From the NCBI GenBank assembly GCA_026785765.1, contig JAJAZK010000027.1, positions 1-40,118 of the forward strand: a stretch of DNA of 40,118 nucleotides, given 5' to 3'. This DNA is from Rhodoferax sp. (lineage in GTDB: Bacteria; Pseudomonadota; Gammaproteobacteria; Burkholderiales; Burkholderiaceae_C). The translations under genes and the position numbers were made by a program. The notes under the pieces were generated by a model. That model was not told where the DNA came from. It made no database searches and saw nothing but the letters and a program-made list of their open reading frames with translations. This document shows, piece by piece, positions 23,580 through 33,732 of this stretch (positions within the stretch are counted from its first letter, which is position 1; the number at the start of each line of letters is the position of its first letter).

Positions 23580-24368
23580 ATGGCGCCAGAACAAGATCGG
23601 CTGGTGTTCATCACTGGCGCCTCCAGTGGTATCGGACAGGCGGTGGCTCTGTGCTTTTACCAGGCCGGCTACCGGCTGGCTCTGGTGGCGCGACGCACCG
23701 ATGTGCTGAATGTCTGGATAAAACAAGCCGCAATGGAGCCGCACCGAGTGCGCGTGTACGCGGCGGATGTCTCGATTACGCAAAGCATTGTGGATGCAGG
23801 GCTGGCCTGCATCCTTGCACAGGGCGTGCCGGACGTGGTGGTGGCCAGTGCCGGTGTGAGTATTGGAATGGACACCATGGATCGCGCGGACCTGGATGTA
23901 ATGGCGCGTGTCTATGCAACCAACAATATTGGCTTGGCTGCCACCTTCCATCCGTTTCTGAAGGTAATGGTGCGCCGCGGGTCAGGCGTGCTGGTGGGAA
24001 TTGCCAGCGTCAACGGGATCCGTGGGTTCCCGGGTCATGGCGCCTACTGCTCCAGCAAGGCCGCCGTCATCAGTTATTGCGAGTCGCTGCGGGGCGAGTT
24101 ACGCGCCAGCGGCGTCAAGGTGCTGACCATCAGCCCGGGTTACGTGGATACGCCATTGACACGCGCAAACGGGTACTCGATGCCATTCCTGATGAGTCCG
24201 CAAGCGTTTGCGCAAAAGCTTTTCCGGGCCGTTGCGACCGGCAGCAGTTACCGGACTTTTCCTTGGCAAATGGCTGTGGTGGCCAAACTGCTGCGCGTTT
24301 TGCCCAACCTTTGGTTTGACCGCCTGTTTGCCAGGCGTGCGCGCAAGCGCCGCAGAACACCGGGTTGA
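23580..24368 (+). CDS. Short-chain dehydrogenase/reductase
   Basis: TGASSGIG, YCSSK (YxxxK) and PGYVDT motifs. Confidence 0.9.
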   Translation: MAPEQDRLVFITGASSGIGQAVALCFYQAGYRLALVARRTDVLNVWIKQAAMEPHRVRVYAADVSITQSIVDAGLACILAQGVPDVVVASAGVSIGMDTMDRADLDVMARVYATNNIGLAATFHPFLKVMVRRGSGVLVGIASVNGIRGFPGHGAYCSSKAAVISYCESLRGELRASGVKVLTISPGYVDTPLTRANGYSMPFLMSPQAFAQKLFRAVATGSSYRTFPWQMAVVAKLLRVLPNLWFDRLFARRARKRRRTPG

Positions 24369-24385
24369 AAGCAGGCCTTGCGGGC

Positions 24386-24413
24386 AAAAAAAAGGACCCG
24401 AGGGGCCCTTTTT
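24386..24413. terminator. Bidirectional intrinsic terminator between the convergent SDR and RRM genes
   Basis: A8-GGACCC-GAG-GGGCCC-T5: GC stem flanked by A and T tracts. Confidence 0.7.
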
Positions 24414-24447
24414 GATGCTTGGCGTCAAAACGCCCTCAGTTTGTGGA

Positions 24448-24882
24448 TCAATAGCTGCTGCGGCCACCACCATAGCCACCGCCACCGCCGCCGCTGCCGC
24501 CACTGCGACCGCCGCCAGCGCCACCGTAGCCGCCGCCGCTGCGGCTTCCACCGCCACCGCCGCCATAACCACCGCCACCGCCGCCGCCGCCGGCTCCACC
24601 GCCAAAGCCGCCGCCGCTACGCGGGGGGCGAGGTTCCATCGGGCGAGCTTCATTGACTACGAGGCCGCGGCCACCGTACTGCTGGCCGTTCATCGCGCTG
24701 ATGGCCGCTTGTGCCTCTGAGTCGCTGCCCATCTCGACAAATCCAAAACCTTTGGACCGACCGGTGTCACGTTCCATCATGACTTTGGCACTGGAGACGG
24801 AACCGTGCGCAGCAAAGGCTTGCTGCAGGTCTTCGTCGCGGAAGGAATAAGGCAGGTTGCCTACGTAAAGTTTGTTGCCCAT
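24448..24882 (-). CDS. RRM RNA-binding protein with Gly-rich low-complexity tail
   Basis: KLYVGNL (RNP2) and KGFGFVEM (RNP1), GGGY repeats; GAGGAG RBS. Confidence 0.93.
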   Translation of the reverse strand: MGNKLYVGNLPYSFRDEDLQQAFAAHGSVSSAKVMMERDTGRSKGFGFVEMGSDSEAQAAISAMNGQQYGGRGLVVNEARPMEPRPPRSGGGFGGGAGGGGGGGGYGGGGGGSRSGGGYGGAGGGRSGGSGGGGGGYGGGRSSY

Positions 24883-25214
24883 GAAAGGACTCCTCAAAAA
24901 GACTCAAAACGCGATGGAGTCCGATAACCGCAATCAACAAACCAATTGACTTAGAGCAGACGCGAAACTGACTAATCACCGCAAACAAATACTGCCGGTG
25001 TCCGGCAATACGCCTTCATTATGCGCCAAGATCGGCGTTTAGCAAATTCTTTGTGCAATTGTGCACATTATCTGGTCTGAGCAGTTCTTTACGGCTCAAT
25101 GCCGGTCCGCAAGGCTTGGCAAAGCGGCCGCGCTGTGCGCGACTGTTTTGAGCGGGCGGATTGCTGCAGTGCGCCAGTTCGGGCTCATGGCGAAGTGCAC
25201 TTATACTATTGACG

Positions 25215-25280
25215 CGTGCCGATTTGCTACAGCTTGCGGGCACCGGGTCATTTGAGTCCCGAAAATCAGCTAAATACGGC
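25215..25280 (+). ncRNA. SAM-II-class riboswitch aptamer with an inserted stem-loop
   Basis: GTGCC-GATTT...CTTGC-GGGCAC...GCTAAA resembles the SAM-II consensus; lies just after a TATACT -10 (25202-25207) and upstream of metX. Confidence 0.78.
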
Positions 25281-25298
25281 AATCGCCTCTGAAAGGAT

Positions 25299-25333
25299 AC
25301 CCGGCTCCGCACTTGGCGCAGCCGGGTTTTTTT
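25299..25333 (+). terminator. Intrinsic terminator in the metX leader (likely riboswitch expression platform)
   Basis: ACCCGGCT...AGCCGGGT stem ending in a T7 tract, immediately before ATG 25334. Confidence 0.78.
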
Positions 25334-26515
25334 ATGCTTGTTTCGCCTTCATCTATGCATTTTGAAGCGCCTCTGCCCCTGCGCAGTGGGACATCGATCC
25401 GTGCCTATGACCTGTGCTTCGAGACTTACGGCACTCTGAATGCCGAACGTTCCAACGCGGTTCTGGAGCTGCATGCCTTGAATGCTTCACACCATCTGGC
25501 CGGCCTTTATGCGGGCCAGGATAAGTCGGATGGCTGGTGGGACACGATGATCGGTCCGGGCAAGCCGCTGGACACCAACCGGTTTTTTGTGATTGGTGTC
25601 AATAACCTGGGTTCCTGTTTCGGCTCTACCGGACCGATGCACCGCAGTCCGGACACTGGCCAGATCTACGGCTCTGGCTTCCCCGTGGTGACCGTGGAGG
25701 ACTGGGTGGATGCGCAGGCGCGGCTGCTTGATGCATTGGGAATTGTCAGCCTGGCAGCCGTCATGGGTGGAAGCCTCGGTGGAATGCAGGCACTCAGTTG
25801 GACCTTGCAGTACCCGCAGCGGGTGCGCAATGCCGTAGTGATAGCCAGCGCACCCAACCTGACCGCAGAGAATATTGCTTTCAATGAGGTGGCGCGGCGT
25901 GCCATCGTTACTGACCCGGACTTCAACGGTGGCAATTTTTACGCCACGCAGGAGCGCGCGCAGACCACTCCGAAGCGCGGCCTGCGCATCGCCCGGATGA
26001 TCGGCCACATCACCTATTTGAGTGATGACGTGATGAATGAGAAATTCGGCCGCACATTGCGTACCAGCCTGGCGCGCGAAGCCCAGCTGCTTGCGGCTGA
26101 TGCCGCCGCGCCGGCTCCCTTTCGGTACACAACACAGGACGTGGAGTTCCAGATCGAGAGTTATCTGCGCCACCAGGGCGACAAATTTGCGGAGTACTTT
26201 GATGCAAACACCTACCTGTTGATCACCCGGGCGCTGGATTATTTTGATCCGGCGCGTGATTTCGGTGGCGACCTCAGTCGGGCGCTGGCGCGGGCCACCG
26301 CGCGTTTTCTGCTCGTAAGTTTCAGTACCGACTGGCGTTTTTCGCCCACGCGCAGCCGGGAACTGGTCAAGGCCTTGCTCGACAACCGGCGTGACGTCAG
26401 TTATGCCGAGATCGATGCGCCACATGGCCACGACGCCTTTTTGCTGGATGACCCGCGCTACCACCAAGTGGTTGCGGCCACCTTCGACCGCATCGCGCAA
26501 GCCCTGTCCTCATGA
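25334..26515 (+). CDS. metX: Homoserine O-acyltransferase MetX (acetyl versus succinyl specificity not determined)
   Basis: [27 protein letters not shown] and HGHDAFL motifs. Confidence 0.93.
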   Translation: MLVSPSSMHFEAPLPLRSGTSIRAYDLCFETYGTLNAERSNAVLELHALNASHHLAGLYAGQDKSDGWWDTMIGPGKPLDTNRFFVIGVNNLGSCFGSTGPMHRSPDTGQIYGSGFPVVTVEDWVDAQARLLDALGIVSLAAVMGGSLGGMQALSWTLQYPQRVRNAVVIASAPNLTAENIAFNEVARRAIVTDPDFNGGNFYATQERAQTTPKRGLRIARMIGHITYLSDDVMNEKFGRTLRTSLAREAQLLAADAAAPAPFRYTTQDVEFQIESYLRHQGDKFAEYFDANTYLLITRALDYFDPARDFGGDLSRALARATARFLLVSFSTDWRFSPTRSRELVKALLDNRRDVSYAEIDAPHGHDAFLLDDPRYHQVVAATFDRIAQALSS

Positions 26516-27093
26516 GTGACCAATTGACCATGGCGGCGATTGCCCGGCTCGTTCCTGAAGGCGCGCGTGTACTCGACCTGGGTTGTGGCGACGGCGCGAT
26601 GCTGGCCTATTTGCAGAGCAGCCGCGCCTGTACCGGTTATGGCATCGAGATCGCCGATAGCAATGTGCTGGCCTGCGTGCGCCGTGGTGTCAATGTGATT
26701 CAGCTCAACCTGGACGAAGGCCTGGCCGTGTTCGACGACGCCAGTTTTGACGTGGTGCTGCAGATCGATACCCTGCAGCATTTGCGCAACGCCGAGACCA
26801 TGTTGCGTGAAACGGCCCGGGTCGGCCGTATTGGTATAGTCGCGTTCCCCAATTTTGGCCACTGGCCGAACCGCCTGAGCGTGTTGCGTGGGCGCATGCC
26901 GGTGACCAAACGCTTGCCCTACCAGTGGTACGACACGCCCAATATCCGGGTCGGCACGCATGCCGACTTCGAGGTGCTGGCCTTGCGCAACGACCTGAAA
27001 ATACTGGACAGCTTTGGTTTGCAGGATGGCCGAACGGTGCGTCTCGCACCCAACCTGATGGCCTCCACCGCAGTATTCAGGTTCAGCCGCTGA
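26512..27093 (+). CDS. metW: Methionine biosynthesis protein MetW
   Basis: [16 protein letters not shown] and WYDTPNI; ATGA-coupled to metX. Confidence 0.93.
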   Translation: MSDQLTMAAIARLVPEGARVLDLGCGDGAMLAYLQSSRACTGYGIEIADSNVLACVRRGVNVIQLNLDEGLAVFDDASFDVVLQIDTLQHLRNAETMLRETARVGRIGIVAFPNFGHWPNRLSVLRGRMPVTKRLPYQWYDTPNIRVGTHADFEVLALRNDLKILDSFGLQDGRTVRLAPNLMASTAVFRFSR

Positions 27094-27115
27094 GCTGATG
27101 CTGCAGCCGGCAGCG

Positions 27116-28486
27116 TCAGGAGCGAACCAGGCAGGGCTGCTTGGGGTTGAACTTCCAGTTGGGGATCAGGTACTGCATGGCCATCGCGTCGTCGCGTGTT
27201 CCCAGCCCGTGCTGCAGGTAACATTTGTGCGCCTGCTCAACCGCATCCATATCGAGGGTGACGCCCAGCCCCCCCGTAGAAGGAACCGTGATGCTGCCAT
27301 TGATGATTTGCAGCGGCGCCTGGGTAATGCGCTGCCCGTCCTGCCAGATCCAATGGGTGTCGATGGCCGTGACCTTGCCCGGCGCTGCGGCTGCGACATG
27401 GGTGAACATTGCCAGCGAAACGTCGAAGTGGCTGTTCGAGTGTGAACCCCAGGTCAGGCCCCACATCTGGCACAACTGGGCGACACGCACCGAGCCCTGC
27501 ATGGTCCAGAAATGTGGGTCCGCCAACGGGATGTCTACCGACTGCAGCGCGATTGCGTGCGCCATTTCTCGCCAGTCGGTTGCGACCATGTTGGTTGCGG
27601 TCATGAGACCAGTGGCGCGCCGGAACTCGGCCATTACCTCGCGCCCGGAGAAAGCGCCCTCGGCGCCGCAAGGATCCTCCGCATAAGCCAGTTCCCGGTG
27701 GCGGTCGCGGCACAGCCTTACCGCATCCTGCAACAACCAGCCGCCGTTCGGGTCGAGTGTGACGCGGGCCTGTGGAAAGCGCTCGTGCAGCGCCACAATA
27801 GCTTCCATTTCGGCGGCCCCGCTCAATACCCCACCCTTGAGCTTGAAGTCGCGAAAGCCGTAACGTGCATGGGCCGCTTCGGCCAGCCGGACGATGGCGG
27901 ACGCGTCGAGTGCCGCTTCGTGACGCAGACGTAGCCACGGATCGGCGGCGTCCGGCTCGCTGCGGTATGCCAGATCGGTGCGGTTGCGGTCTCCCACAAA
28001 AAACAGGTAACCCAGCACATCGACCACGCTGCGCTGCTGCCCTTCGCCCAGCAGGGCCGCCACCGGTACATGCAAGAACTGGCCAAGCAAGTCAAGTAAG
28101 GCGCTTTCCACCGCCGTCACGGCGTGGATGGCAACGCGCAAATCAAAGGTTTGGTTGCCGCGTCCCGCACTGTCGCGCCCGGCAAACTGGGTGCGTAACT
28201 TATTCAACACATGGTTCCAGTTGCCGACGGCCTGCCCTTCCACCAGAGCCCGTGCATCTTCCAGGGTTTGCCGGATATTCTCGCCACCCGGCACCTCACC
28301 CACGCCGGTCTGGCCCGCGCTGTCGGTCAGCACGACCAGGTTGCGGGTGAAGAACGGACCGTGGGCGCCACTCAGGTTGAGCAACATACCGTCCATCCCC
28401 GCAATCGGAATCACACGCATCCGCAGTACGGTGGGCGTCCTTTGGTGTTGGCTCGGTTGTGCAGTTGGCGTGGTGGTTTTGGTCAT
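27116..28486 (-). CDS. gudD: Glucarate dehydratase (enolase superfamily; GudD/GudX type)
   Basis: LNLSGAH.PFFTRN, FKLKGG, DPNG, EDPCG, ATNM and WGSHSN motifs. Confidence 0.88.
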   Translation of the reverse strand: MTKTTTPTAQPSQHQRTPTVLRMRVIPIAGMDGMLLNLSGAHGPFFTRNLVVLTDSAGQTGVGEVPGGENIRQTLEDARALVEGQAVGNWNHVLNKLRTQFAGRDSAGRGNQTFDLRVAIHAVTAVESALLDLLGQFLHVPVAALLGEGQQRSVVDVLGYLFFVGDRNRTDLAYRSEPDAADPWLRLRHEAALDASAIVRLAEAAHARYGFRDFKLKGGVLSGAAEMEAIVALHERFPQARVTLDPNGGWLLQDAVRLCRDRHRELAYAEDPCGAEGAFSGREVMAEFRRATGLMTATNMVATDWREMAHAIALQSVDIPLADPHFWTMQGSVRVAQLCQMWGLTWGSHSNSHFDVSLAMFTHVAAAAPGKVTAIDTHWIWQDGQRITQAPLQIINGSITVPSTGGLGVTLDMDAVEQAHKCYLQHGLGTRDDAMAMQYLIPNWKFNPKQPCLVRS

Positions 28487-28557
28487 GGCGAGGCTGATTG
28501 CGGCAAAAATTCATCAGCCATCAGACAAGCCGACCCTTAGCGGTATGCATTGAAGGC

Positions 28558-29346
28558 TCATGTCGCTGGCGTCGAATCCGGCACGTTCTGCGACCGCCGC
28601 AAGCGTTCACGGCTGTTGCCCAGATGGGTTCGCATTGCCGCCCTGGCCGCATCCGCATCCTGGTCCCGGATCGCGACAAAGATGTCTTCGTGTTCCAAAT
28701 TCACCCGTTGCAAATAGGCCAGGCGCCCTTCCGGGGCGGTCTGCGGCGTATTGACGCGGGTGCGCGGAATGATCATTGCGCCAAGATAGGTCATCAGGCC
28801 GGCGAAATGCTGGTTGCCAGTGGCCCGTGCCACCTCCATGTGGAAAAGGAAGTCCGGTGGTACTGCATCCGAGTTTTGCTCGATCGATGTCTTGAAAGCC
28901 AGCAGGGCTTCCTGCATGGTCTTCAAATTTTGCGGGGTGCGGCGTTGCGCTGCCAAACCTGCGGCCTCGGTTTCCAGGCTGATGCGCAGCTCCAGCACTG
29001 CAATCACGTCGGCCACGGTGGCAAAATCCCGCGCCGAAATCTTGAAATTGCCGCTGGTGTCCGTTGGGGATACAAAGGTGCCAATGCCGTGTCGGGTCTC
29101 GACCAGCCCGGATGCCTGCAGGCGCGACAAGGCTTCGCGAACCACGGTACGGCTGACGTCGAAACGCTGCATGATTTCAGCTTCGGTGGGCAGTTTGGCG
29201 CCCGGTCGGGTGTGGCCGGCCCGGATCTCGTCGGCCAGGCTACTGACGATTTCAGTGACAAGTCCACGTTGCCGGCGCGGTCGCAACCCCACCGCCTGGT
29301 TTGTCGGCAGATCTTTCGGGGCGCTAGGGGTATACCTTGAGTCCAT
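28558..29346 (-). CDS. FadR-subfamily GntR transcriptional regulator
   Basis: LPTE...VSRTVVREA...G.GTFV wHTH plus an FCD domain. True start MDSRY at 29346. Confidence 0.9.
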   Translation of the reverse strand: MDSRYTPSAPKDLPTNQAVGLRPRRQRGLVTEIVSSLADEIRAGHTRPGAKLPTEAEIMQRFDVSRTVVREALSRLQASGLVETRHGIGTFVSPTDTSGNFKISARDFATVADVIAVLELRISLETEAAGLAAQRRTPQNLKTMQEALLAFKTSIEQNSDAVPPDFLFHMEVARATGNQHFAGLMTYLGAMIIPRTRVNTPQTAPEGRLAYLQRVNLEHEDIFVAIRDQDADAARAAMRTHLGNSRERLRRSQNVPDSTPAT

Positions 29347-29356
29347 CAAAAAACAC

Positions 29357-29401
29357 TTGACAGCCAAAACGGCTTTAGAAACAATGGAGTTGTCAGACAA
29401 C
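29357..29401 (+). promoter_or_regulatory. Sigma70 promoter of the udh operon with a palindromic FadR-type operator
   Basis: TTGACA-17 nt-AACAAT, followed by the perfect palindrome GTTGTC-A-GACAAC (29389-29401). Confidence 0.7.
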
Positions 29402-29496
29402 ACATGACCGATGACCTGACGGCGCTGGCGCACTGTACCAAAGCTACAAGAAAAGTCCAGTACCAAGCGCCAACCGAGCTTTTTTTTGAACCCAGG

Positions 29497-30303
29497 ATGC
29501 CCATCAAGAACCACTACAGACTGCTCCTGACTGGAGCCGCCGGAGGCTTGGGGCGAGTGCTGCGCGCGCGTTTGCAGGCCAACTGCACGGTGCTGCGGTT
29601 GTCCGACTGCGAGTCCTTGGGTGAGACCGGCGCGAACGAGGAGATCGTGTTGGCCGACCTGGCGGACGCTGCGGCGGTGCACGCCGCGATGGCCGGTGTG
29701 GATGCGGTAGTGCATTTGGGCGGGGTATCGGTCGAGGGCCCATTCGGGCCCATTTTGCAGGCCAACATTGTTGGCATGGTCAACTTGTATGAAGCAGCAC
29801 GCAAACAGGGTGCGCGGCGGCTGGTGTTCGCCAGCTCCAACCATGTCACCGGTTTCTACAAGCAGTCGCAGACCATCACGGCCGATGACCCGCCGCGTCC
29901 GGACGGCCTGTACGGGCTGAGCAAGGCGTTTGGCGAAAATCTGTCGCGCCTGTATTTCGACCGCTACGGCATCGAGACGGCTTGTGTTCGCATCGGTTCT
30001 TCCTTTACCGAGCCGAAAGACCGCCGCATGCTGGCCACCTGGCTGAGTTTTGACGACCTGCACCGCCTGATCACGGCCTGCCTCACCACTCCGGTGTTGG
30101 GCCATACGATTATTTTCGGCATGTCCAACAACGCCGTGACATGGTGGGATAACGCGCGTGCGCGGCATGTCGGTTACCAGCCACAAGACAGCTCCGACCC
30201 ATTTCGCGAAGCGGTGTTTGCCCGCAGCTCGACGCCAGACCTGAATGACCCGGCGGCGCTTTTCCAGGGTGGCGCCTTTGTTCGTGCCGGGCCTTTTGAA
30301 TGA
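29497..30303 (+). CDS. udh: Uronate dehydrogenase (NAD-dependent extended SDR)
   Basis: LLTGAAGGLG, FASSNH, RPDGLYGLSK, RIGS and WWDN motifs; sits in an aldarate cluster. Confidence 0.88.
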   Translation: MPIKNHYRLLLTGAAGGLGRVLRARLQANCTVLRLSDCESLGETGANEEIVLADLADAAAVHAAMAGVDAVVHLGGVSVEGPFGPILQANIVGMVNLYEAARKQGARRLVFASSNHVTGFYKQSQTITADDPPRPDGLYGLSKAFGENLSRLYFDRYGIETACVRIGSSFTEPKDRRMLATWLSFDDLHRLITACLTTPVLGHTIIFGMSNNAVTWWDNARARHVGYQPQDSSDPFREAVFARSSTPDLNDPAALFQGGAFVRAGPFE

Positions 30304-30362
30304 GTAGCTCCCCGCCAATTGGCATTGACCCGATTTTCAACCCGTCTAACCAGGAGACAAAA

Positions 30363-31343
30363 ATGACCCTTCGCCGATCCCTTCTTGCATCCGCCATTGC
30401 CGTTGCCGCATTGGCCACGCCATCTTTCGGCATTGCCCAGACCATCCTCAAGGCAGCGGACGTGCACCCGGCCGGTTACCCGACCGTGGTGGCGACCGAG
30501 AATATGGGCAAGAAACTCGAGCTTGCCAGCAATGGCAAGTTCAAGATGCAAATGTTCCCGGCCAGCGTGCTGGGTGACGAAAAGACCATGATCGAGCAGA
30601 CCCAGATTGGGGCGATCCAGTTGTTGCGCACATCGCTGGGCCCGCTGGGCTCGGTGGTACCGGACGTCTACGTTTTCAACATGCCTTTCGTATTCCGCAA
30701 CGAGACCCACATGCGCGCCGTCATCGACGGGCCGATCGGCCAGGAGATTCTGGACAAGATCAGCAATAGTCCGGCCCGGCTGGTGGCGCTGGCCTGGCAG
30801 GACGGCGGCTCGCGCAGCCTGTACACCAAAAAGCCGGTACGCACGCCAGCCGACCTCAAGGGCCAGAAGGTGCGCATGATGGGCAATCCGCTGTTCATCG
30901 ACACCATGAACGCACTTGGCGGCAATGGCATCGCCATGGGTTATCCGGAGGTCTACAGCGCGTTGCAAACCGGGGTAATCGACGGCGCCGAGAACAACCC
31001 GCCAAGCATGTTCACTGCGAACCATTACACGACCGGTGCCAAGTATTACGCCCAGACCAACCACCTGATCATTCCCGAACTGCTGGTGATGTCCAAGGCC
31101 GCCTATGACAAGTTGACGCCGGCCGAGCAGACCTTGGTCAAGAAACTCGGCCGCGAGGCGCAAATGGAACAGCGCGTCTTGTGGGACAAGAGCGTGGTGG
31201 AATACACGGCGAAGCTGAAGGCGGCTGGCGTCGAGTTCATCGAAGTGGATCAGAAGCCGTTTTTTGACGCCACCGCCCCGGTCCGCGCCAAGTACGGTGC
31301 CCCGTTCACGGATTTGATGGCGCGTATCGCGGCAGTCAAGTAA
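30363..31343 (+). CDS. TRAP transporter substrate-binding protein (DctP family; hexuronate likely)
   Basis: Signal peptide, DVHPAGYPTV, DLKGQKVR and GVIDGAENN motifs; AGGAG RBS. Confidence 0.92.
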   Translation: MTLRRSLLASAIAVAALATPSFGIAQTILKAADVHPAGYPTVVATENMGKKLELASNGKFKMQMFPASVLGDEKTMIEQTQIGAIQLLRTSLGPLGSVVPDVYVFNMPFVFRNETHMRAVIDGPIGQEILDKISNSPARLVALAWQDGGSRSLYTKKPVRTPADLKGQKVRMMGNPLFIDTMNALGGNGIAMGYPEVYSALQTGVIDGAENNPPSMFTANHYTTGAKYYAQTNHLIIPELLVMSKAAYDKLTPAEQTLVKKLGREAQMEQRVLWDKSVVEYTAKLKAAGVEFIEVDQKPFFDATAPVRAKYGAPFTDLMARIAAVK

Positions 31344-31451
31344 GTTCCGAGTCTGCGTTGGCCGGGTCGCCGGGCTGGAATCAGCGCCGCGGTCCGGCTG
31401 ACGTGTGTGATCGATCCGTTGTGACATCGCGGCCCGCAGGTCGCGCATCCC

Positions 31452-31976
31452 ATGAAGAATTCCCTTCTGACTGCGCTCGACGCGATCTACTCAAGCTGCA
31501 TCTGGATCGCCGGTCTTTCCATTGTGGTCATGAGCCTGATCATCCCGATCGGAGTCTTTGCACGGTATGTGCTGGGCTTCGGCGCGCAGTGGCCGGAGCC
31601 AATTGCGATCTTGCTGATGGTGATCTTCACATTCTTTGGTGCCGCCGCTGCCTACCGGGCTGGCGCACACATTGCGGTGGCGATGCTCACTGACCGTCTG
31701 AGCGTGCTACAGCAAAGGGCCTGCCGTATTGCGGTAAACGTGTTGATGCTGGTGGTCAGCCTGTTTGCGGTTGTGTACGGAATCAAGTTGTGTCTGGAAA
31801 CCATGGGACAGACCATCACGGCATTGCCCTGGTTGCCAGTCGGAGTGACCTACCTTCCGGTGCCTCTGGGGGGCTTGCTGACGCTGCTGTTTGTGCTCGA
31901 AACCATGGTTTTTGGTCCCCAGACCGGGCGTGCCGTGGTTGTGTTTGACCAGCAAGTCGAACAAGCGGGGACCTGA
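31452..31976 (+). CDS. TRAP small permease (DctQ)
   Basis: Four TM segments, RYV...WPE...HIAV motifs. Confidence 0.9.
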   Translation: MKNSLLTALDAIYSSCIWIAGLSIVVMSLIIPIGVFARYVLGFGAQWPEPIAILLMVIFTFFGAAAAYRAGAHIAVAMLTDRLSVLQQRACRIAVNVLMLVVSLFAVVYGIKLCLETMGQTITALPWLPVGVTYLPVPLGGLLTLLFVLETMVFGPQTGRAVVVFDQQVEQAGT

Positions 31977-31978
31977 GC

Positions 31979-33262
31979 ATGGACACGATTGTTCTGATTG
32001 GCAGTTTCGCGCTGCTGGTGTTAATTGGCATGCCAGTTGCCTATTCCCTGGGGCTGGCCGCCCTGGTCGGTGCAATCTGGATCGATTTGCCGCTTGACGC
32101 AGTGATGATTCAGATCGCCAGCGGCGTCAACAAGTTCTCCCTGTTGGCAATTCCGTTTTTTGTGCTGGCGGGTGCCATCATGGCCGAGGGCGGCATGTCG
32201 CGGCGGCTGGTCGCGTTTGCGGGAGTGCTGGTGGGTTTTGTGCGGGGCGGCCTGTCGCTGGTCAACATTCTGGCGTCCACCTTCTTTGGCGCCATATCCG
32301 GTTCCTCGGTCGCCGATACCGCATCGATTGGCTCGGTGATGATCCCCGAGATGGTGAAAAAAGGATATCCACGCGACTTCTCGATTGCGCTGACAGTCAG
32401 TGGTTCGATCCAGGCGACCCTGATTCCACCCAGCCACAACGCGGTGATCTACTCGATGGCAGCGGGTGGCTCAATATCAATTGCGGCCTTGTTCATGGCC
32501 GGCGTTCTGCCAGGGCTGCTGCTCGGCGCCACGCTGGCTGTCTATTGTCTGTACATCGCCAAGAAGCGGGGCTTCCCTGTGGGCGAGTCAATACCGCTGC
32601 GCCAGGCCCTGCGCATCGCTGGTGACGCCATGTGGGGCCTGGCCACCATGGTGATTATTCTGGGTGGCATCTTGAGCGGTGTGTTTACCGCCACCGAGTC
32701 TGCTTCCATCGCCGTCGTGTGGGCGTTCTTCGTGACGATGTTTATTTACCGCGACTATAAATGGCGCGACCTGCCCAAATTGATGCACAGAACGGTCAAG
32801 ACGGTGTCGATCGTGATGATCCTGATCGGCTTTGCAGCCAGCTTTGGCTACATCATGACCCTGATGCAGATTCCGCTCAAGATATCGACCGCACTGACCG
32901 CGTTCACCGACAACCGCTACATGATCCTGATGTTGATCAACGTGTTGCTGCTTATTCTGGGTACCCTGATGGATATGGCGGCCTTGTTGCTGATCCTGAC
33001 GCCCATCTTGCTGCCAGTGGTCAAGGCGGTAGGTGTGGATCCAGTGCATTTCGGCATGATCATGATCGTGAATCTGGGCATCGGCCTGCTCACCCCGCCA
33101 GTCGGTTCGGTCCTGTTTGTAGGTAGCGCGGTCGGCAAGTTGCCGATCGAGAAGGTGGTCAAAGCCCTGATGCCCTTCTTTGGTCTGTTACTGATCGTGC
33201 TGGGCGTCGTTACTTATGTGCCCGCCCTCTCGCTGTGGCTGCCGCGCCTGATGGGGCTATGA
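31979..33262 (+). CDS. TRAP large permease (DctM)
   Basis: LAIPFF, SGSSVAD, IPPS, DPVHFG and TPPVG motifs. Confidence 0.93.
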   Translation: MDTIVLIGSFALLVLIGMPVAYSLGLAALVGAIWIDLPLDAVMIQIASGVNKFSLLAIPFFVLAGAIMAEGGMSRRLVAFAGVLVGFVRGGLSLVNILASTFFGAISGSSVADTASIGSVMIPEMVKKGYPRDFSIALTVSGSIQATLIPPSHNAVIYSMAAGGSISIAALFMAGVLPGLLLGATLAVYCLYIAKKRGFPVGESIPLRQALRIAGDAMWGLATMVIILGGILSGVFTATESASIAVVWAFFVTMFIYRDYKWRDLPKLMHRTVKTVSIVMILIGFAASFGYIMTLMQIPLKISTALTAFTDNRYMILMLINVLLLILGTLMDMAALLLILTPILLPVVKAVGVDPVHFGMIMIVNLGIGLLTPPVGSVLFVGSAVGKLPIEKVVKALMPFFGLLLIVLGVVTYVPALSLWLPRLMGL

Positions 33263-33350
33263 ACGCCCGAACTGCTCTATGCGCATGGGACCGGGCAACC
33301 CAAGCTCGGACATCCCGCCATGGTCGCGTGACGTGCATCCGCAGAAGACC

Positions 33351-33719
33351 TTGAACCCGCAAGAACTCAAATCCATCATCGGTTTCGGACGGTAGTCCTT
33401 TCCGGTCACCGACTTTGACGCACAAGGCGATTTCCGTCCGCGGGGAGGTGGAGCGCCTGGGCGCGCACGGCGCCCTGTCGCTGCCGCATTACCTGACCGA
33501 GGCTGGTCAGGGGGGGCTGATCAACTACGTGCAGGTGGTGTCATGCCCCATCTGGCAATCCGCAACCGTGTGCCAGGTTACGCCGTGAGCATCGTCAAGG
33601 CCGGGGCGCGCATCGCGGGACAGGACGCCGGGCCGGTGCGCCCACCGCTGACTGACCTGAAGCCGGCCGGGGTGGAGCAACTCGCCGCGCTGATTCGCAC
33701 GCTGGGTCTTCAGTCGTAG
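33351..33719 (+). pseudogene. kdgD: 5-dehydro-4-deoxyglucarate dehydratase relic (in-frame stop plus two large internal deletions)
   Basis: Hand translation: [25 protein letters not shown] / [16 protein letters not shown] / [15 protein letters not shown]....[12 protein letters not shown], i.e. the N-terminal, middle and C-terminal pieces of KdgD in about 370 bp. Confidence 0.85.
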
Positions 33720-33732
33720 CAACATCGACGCC

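Noticed and set aside
21414-24368. lptC not followed by lptA/lptB
   Set aside because: Those genes can lie elsewhere; nothing here suggests disruption.
24455-24620. (GCC/ACC)n low-complexity repeat and Ala-rich ORFs
   Set aside because: Encodes the poly-Gly tail of the RRM protein; not CRISPR or a VNTR system.
29347-30318. Apparent 586-aa GntR fusion protein
   Set aside because: The N-terminal 320 aa is antisense to udh and its promoter; the real regulator starts at 29346.
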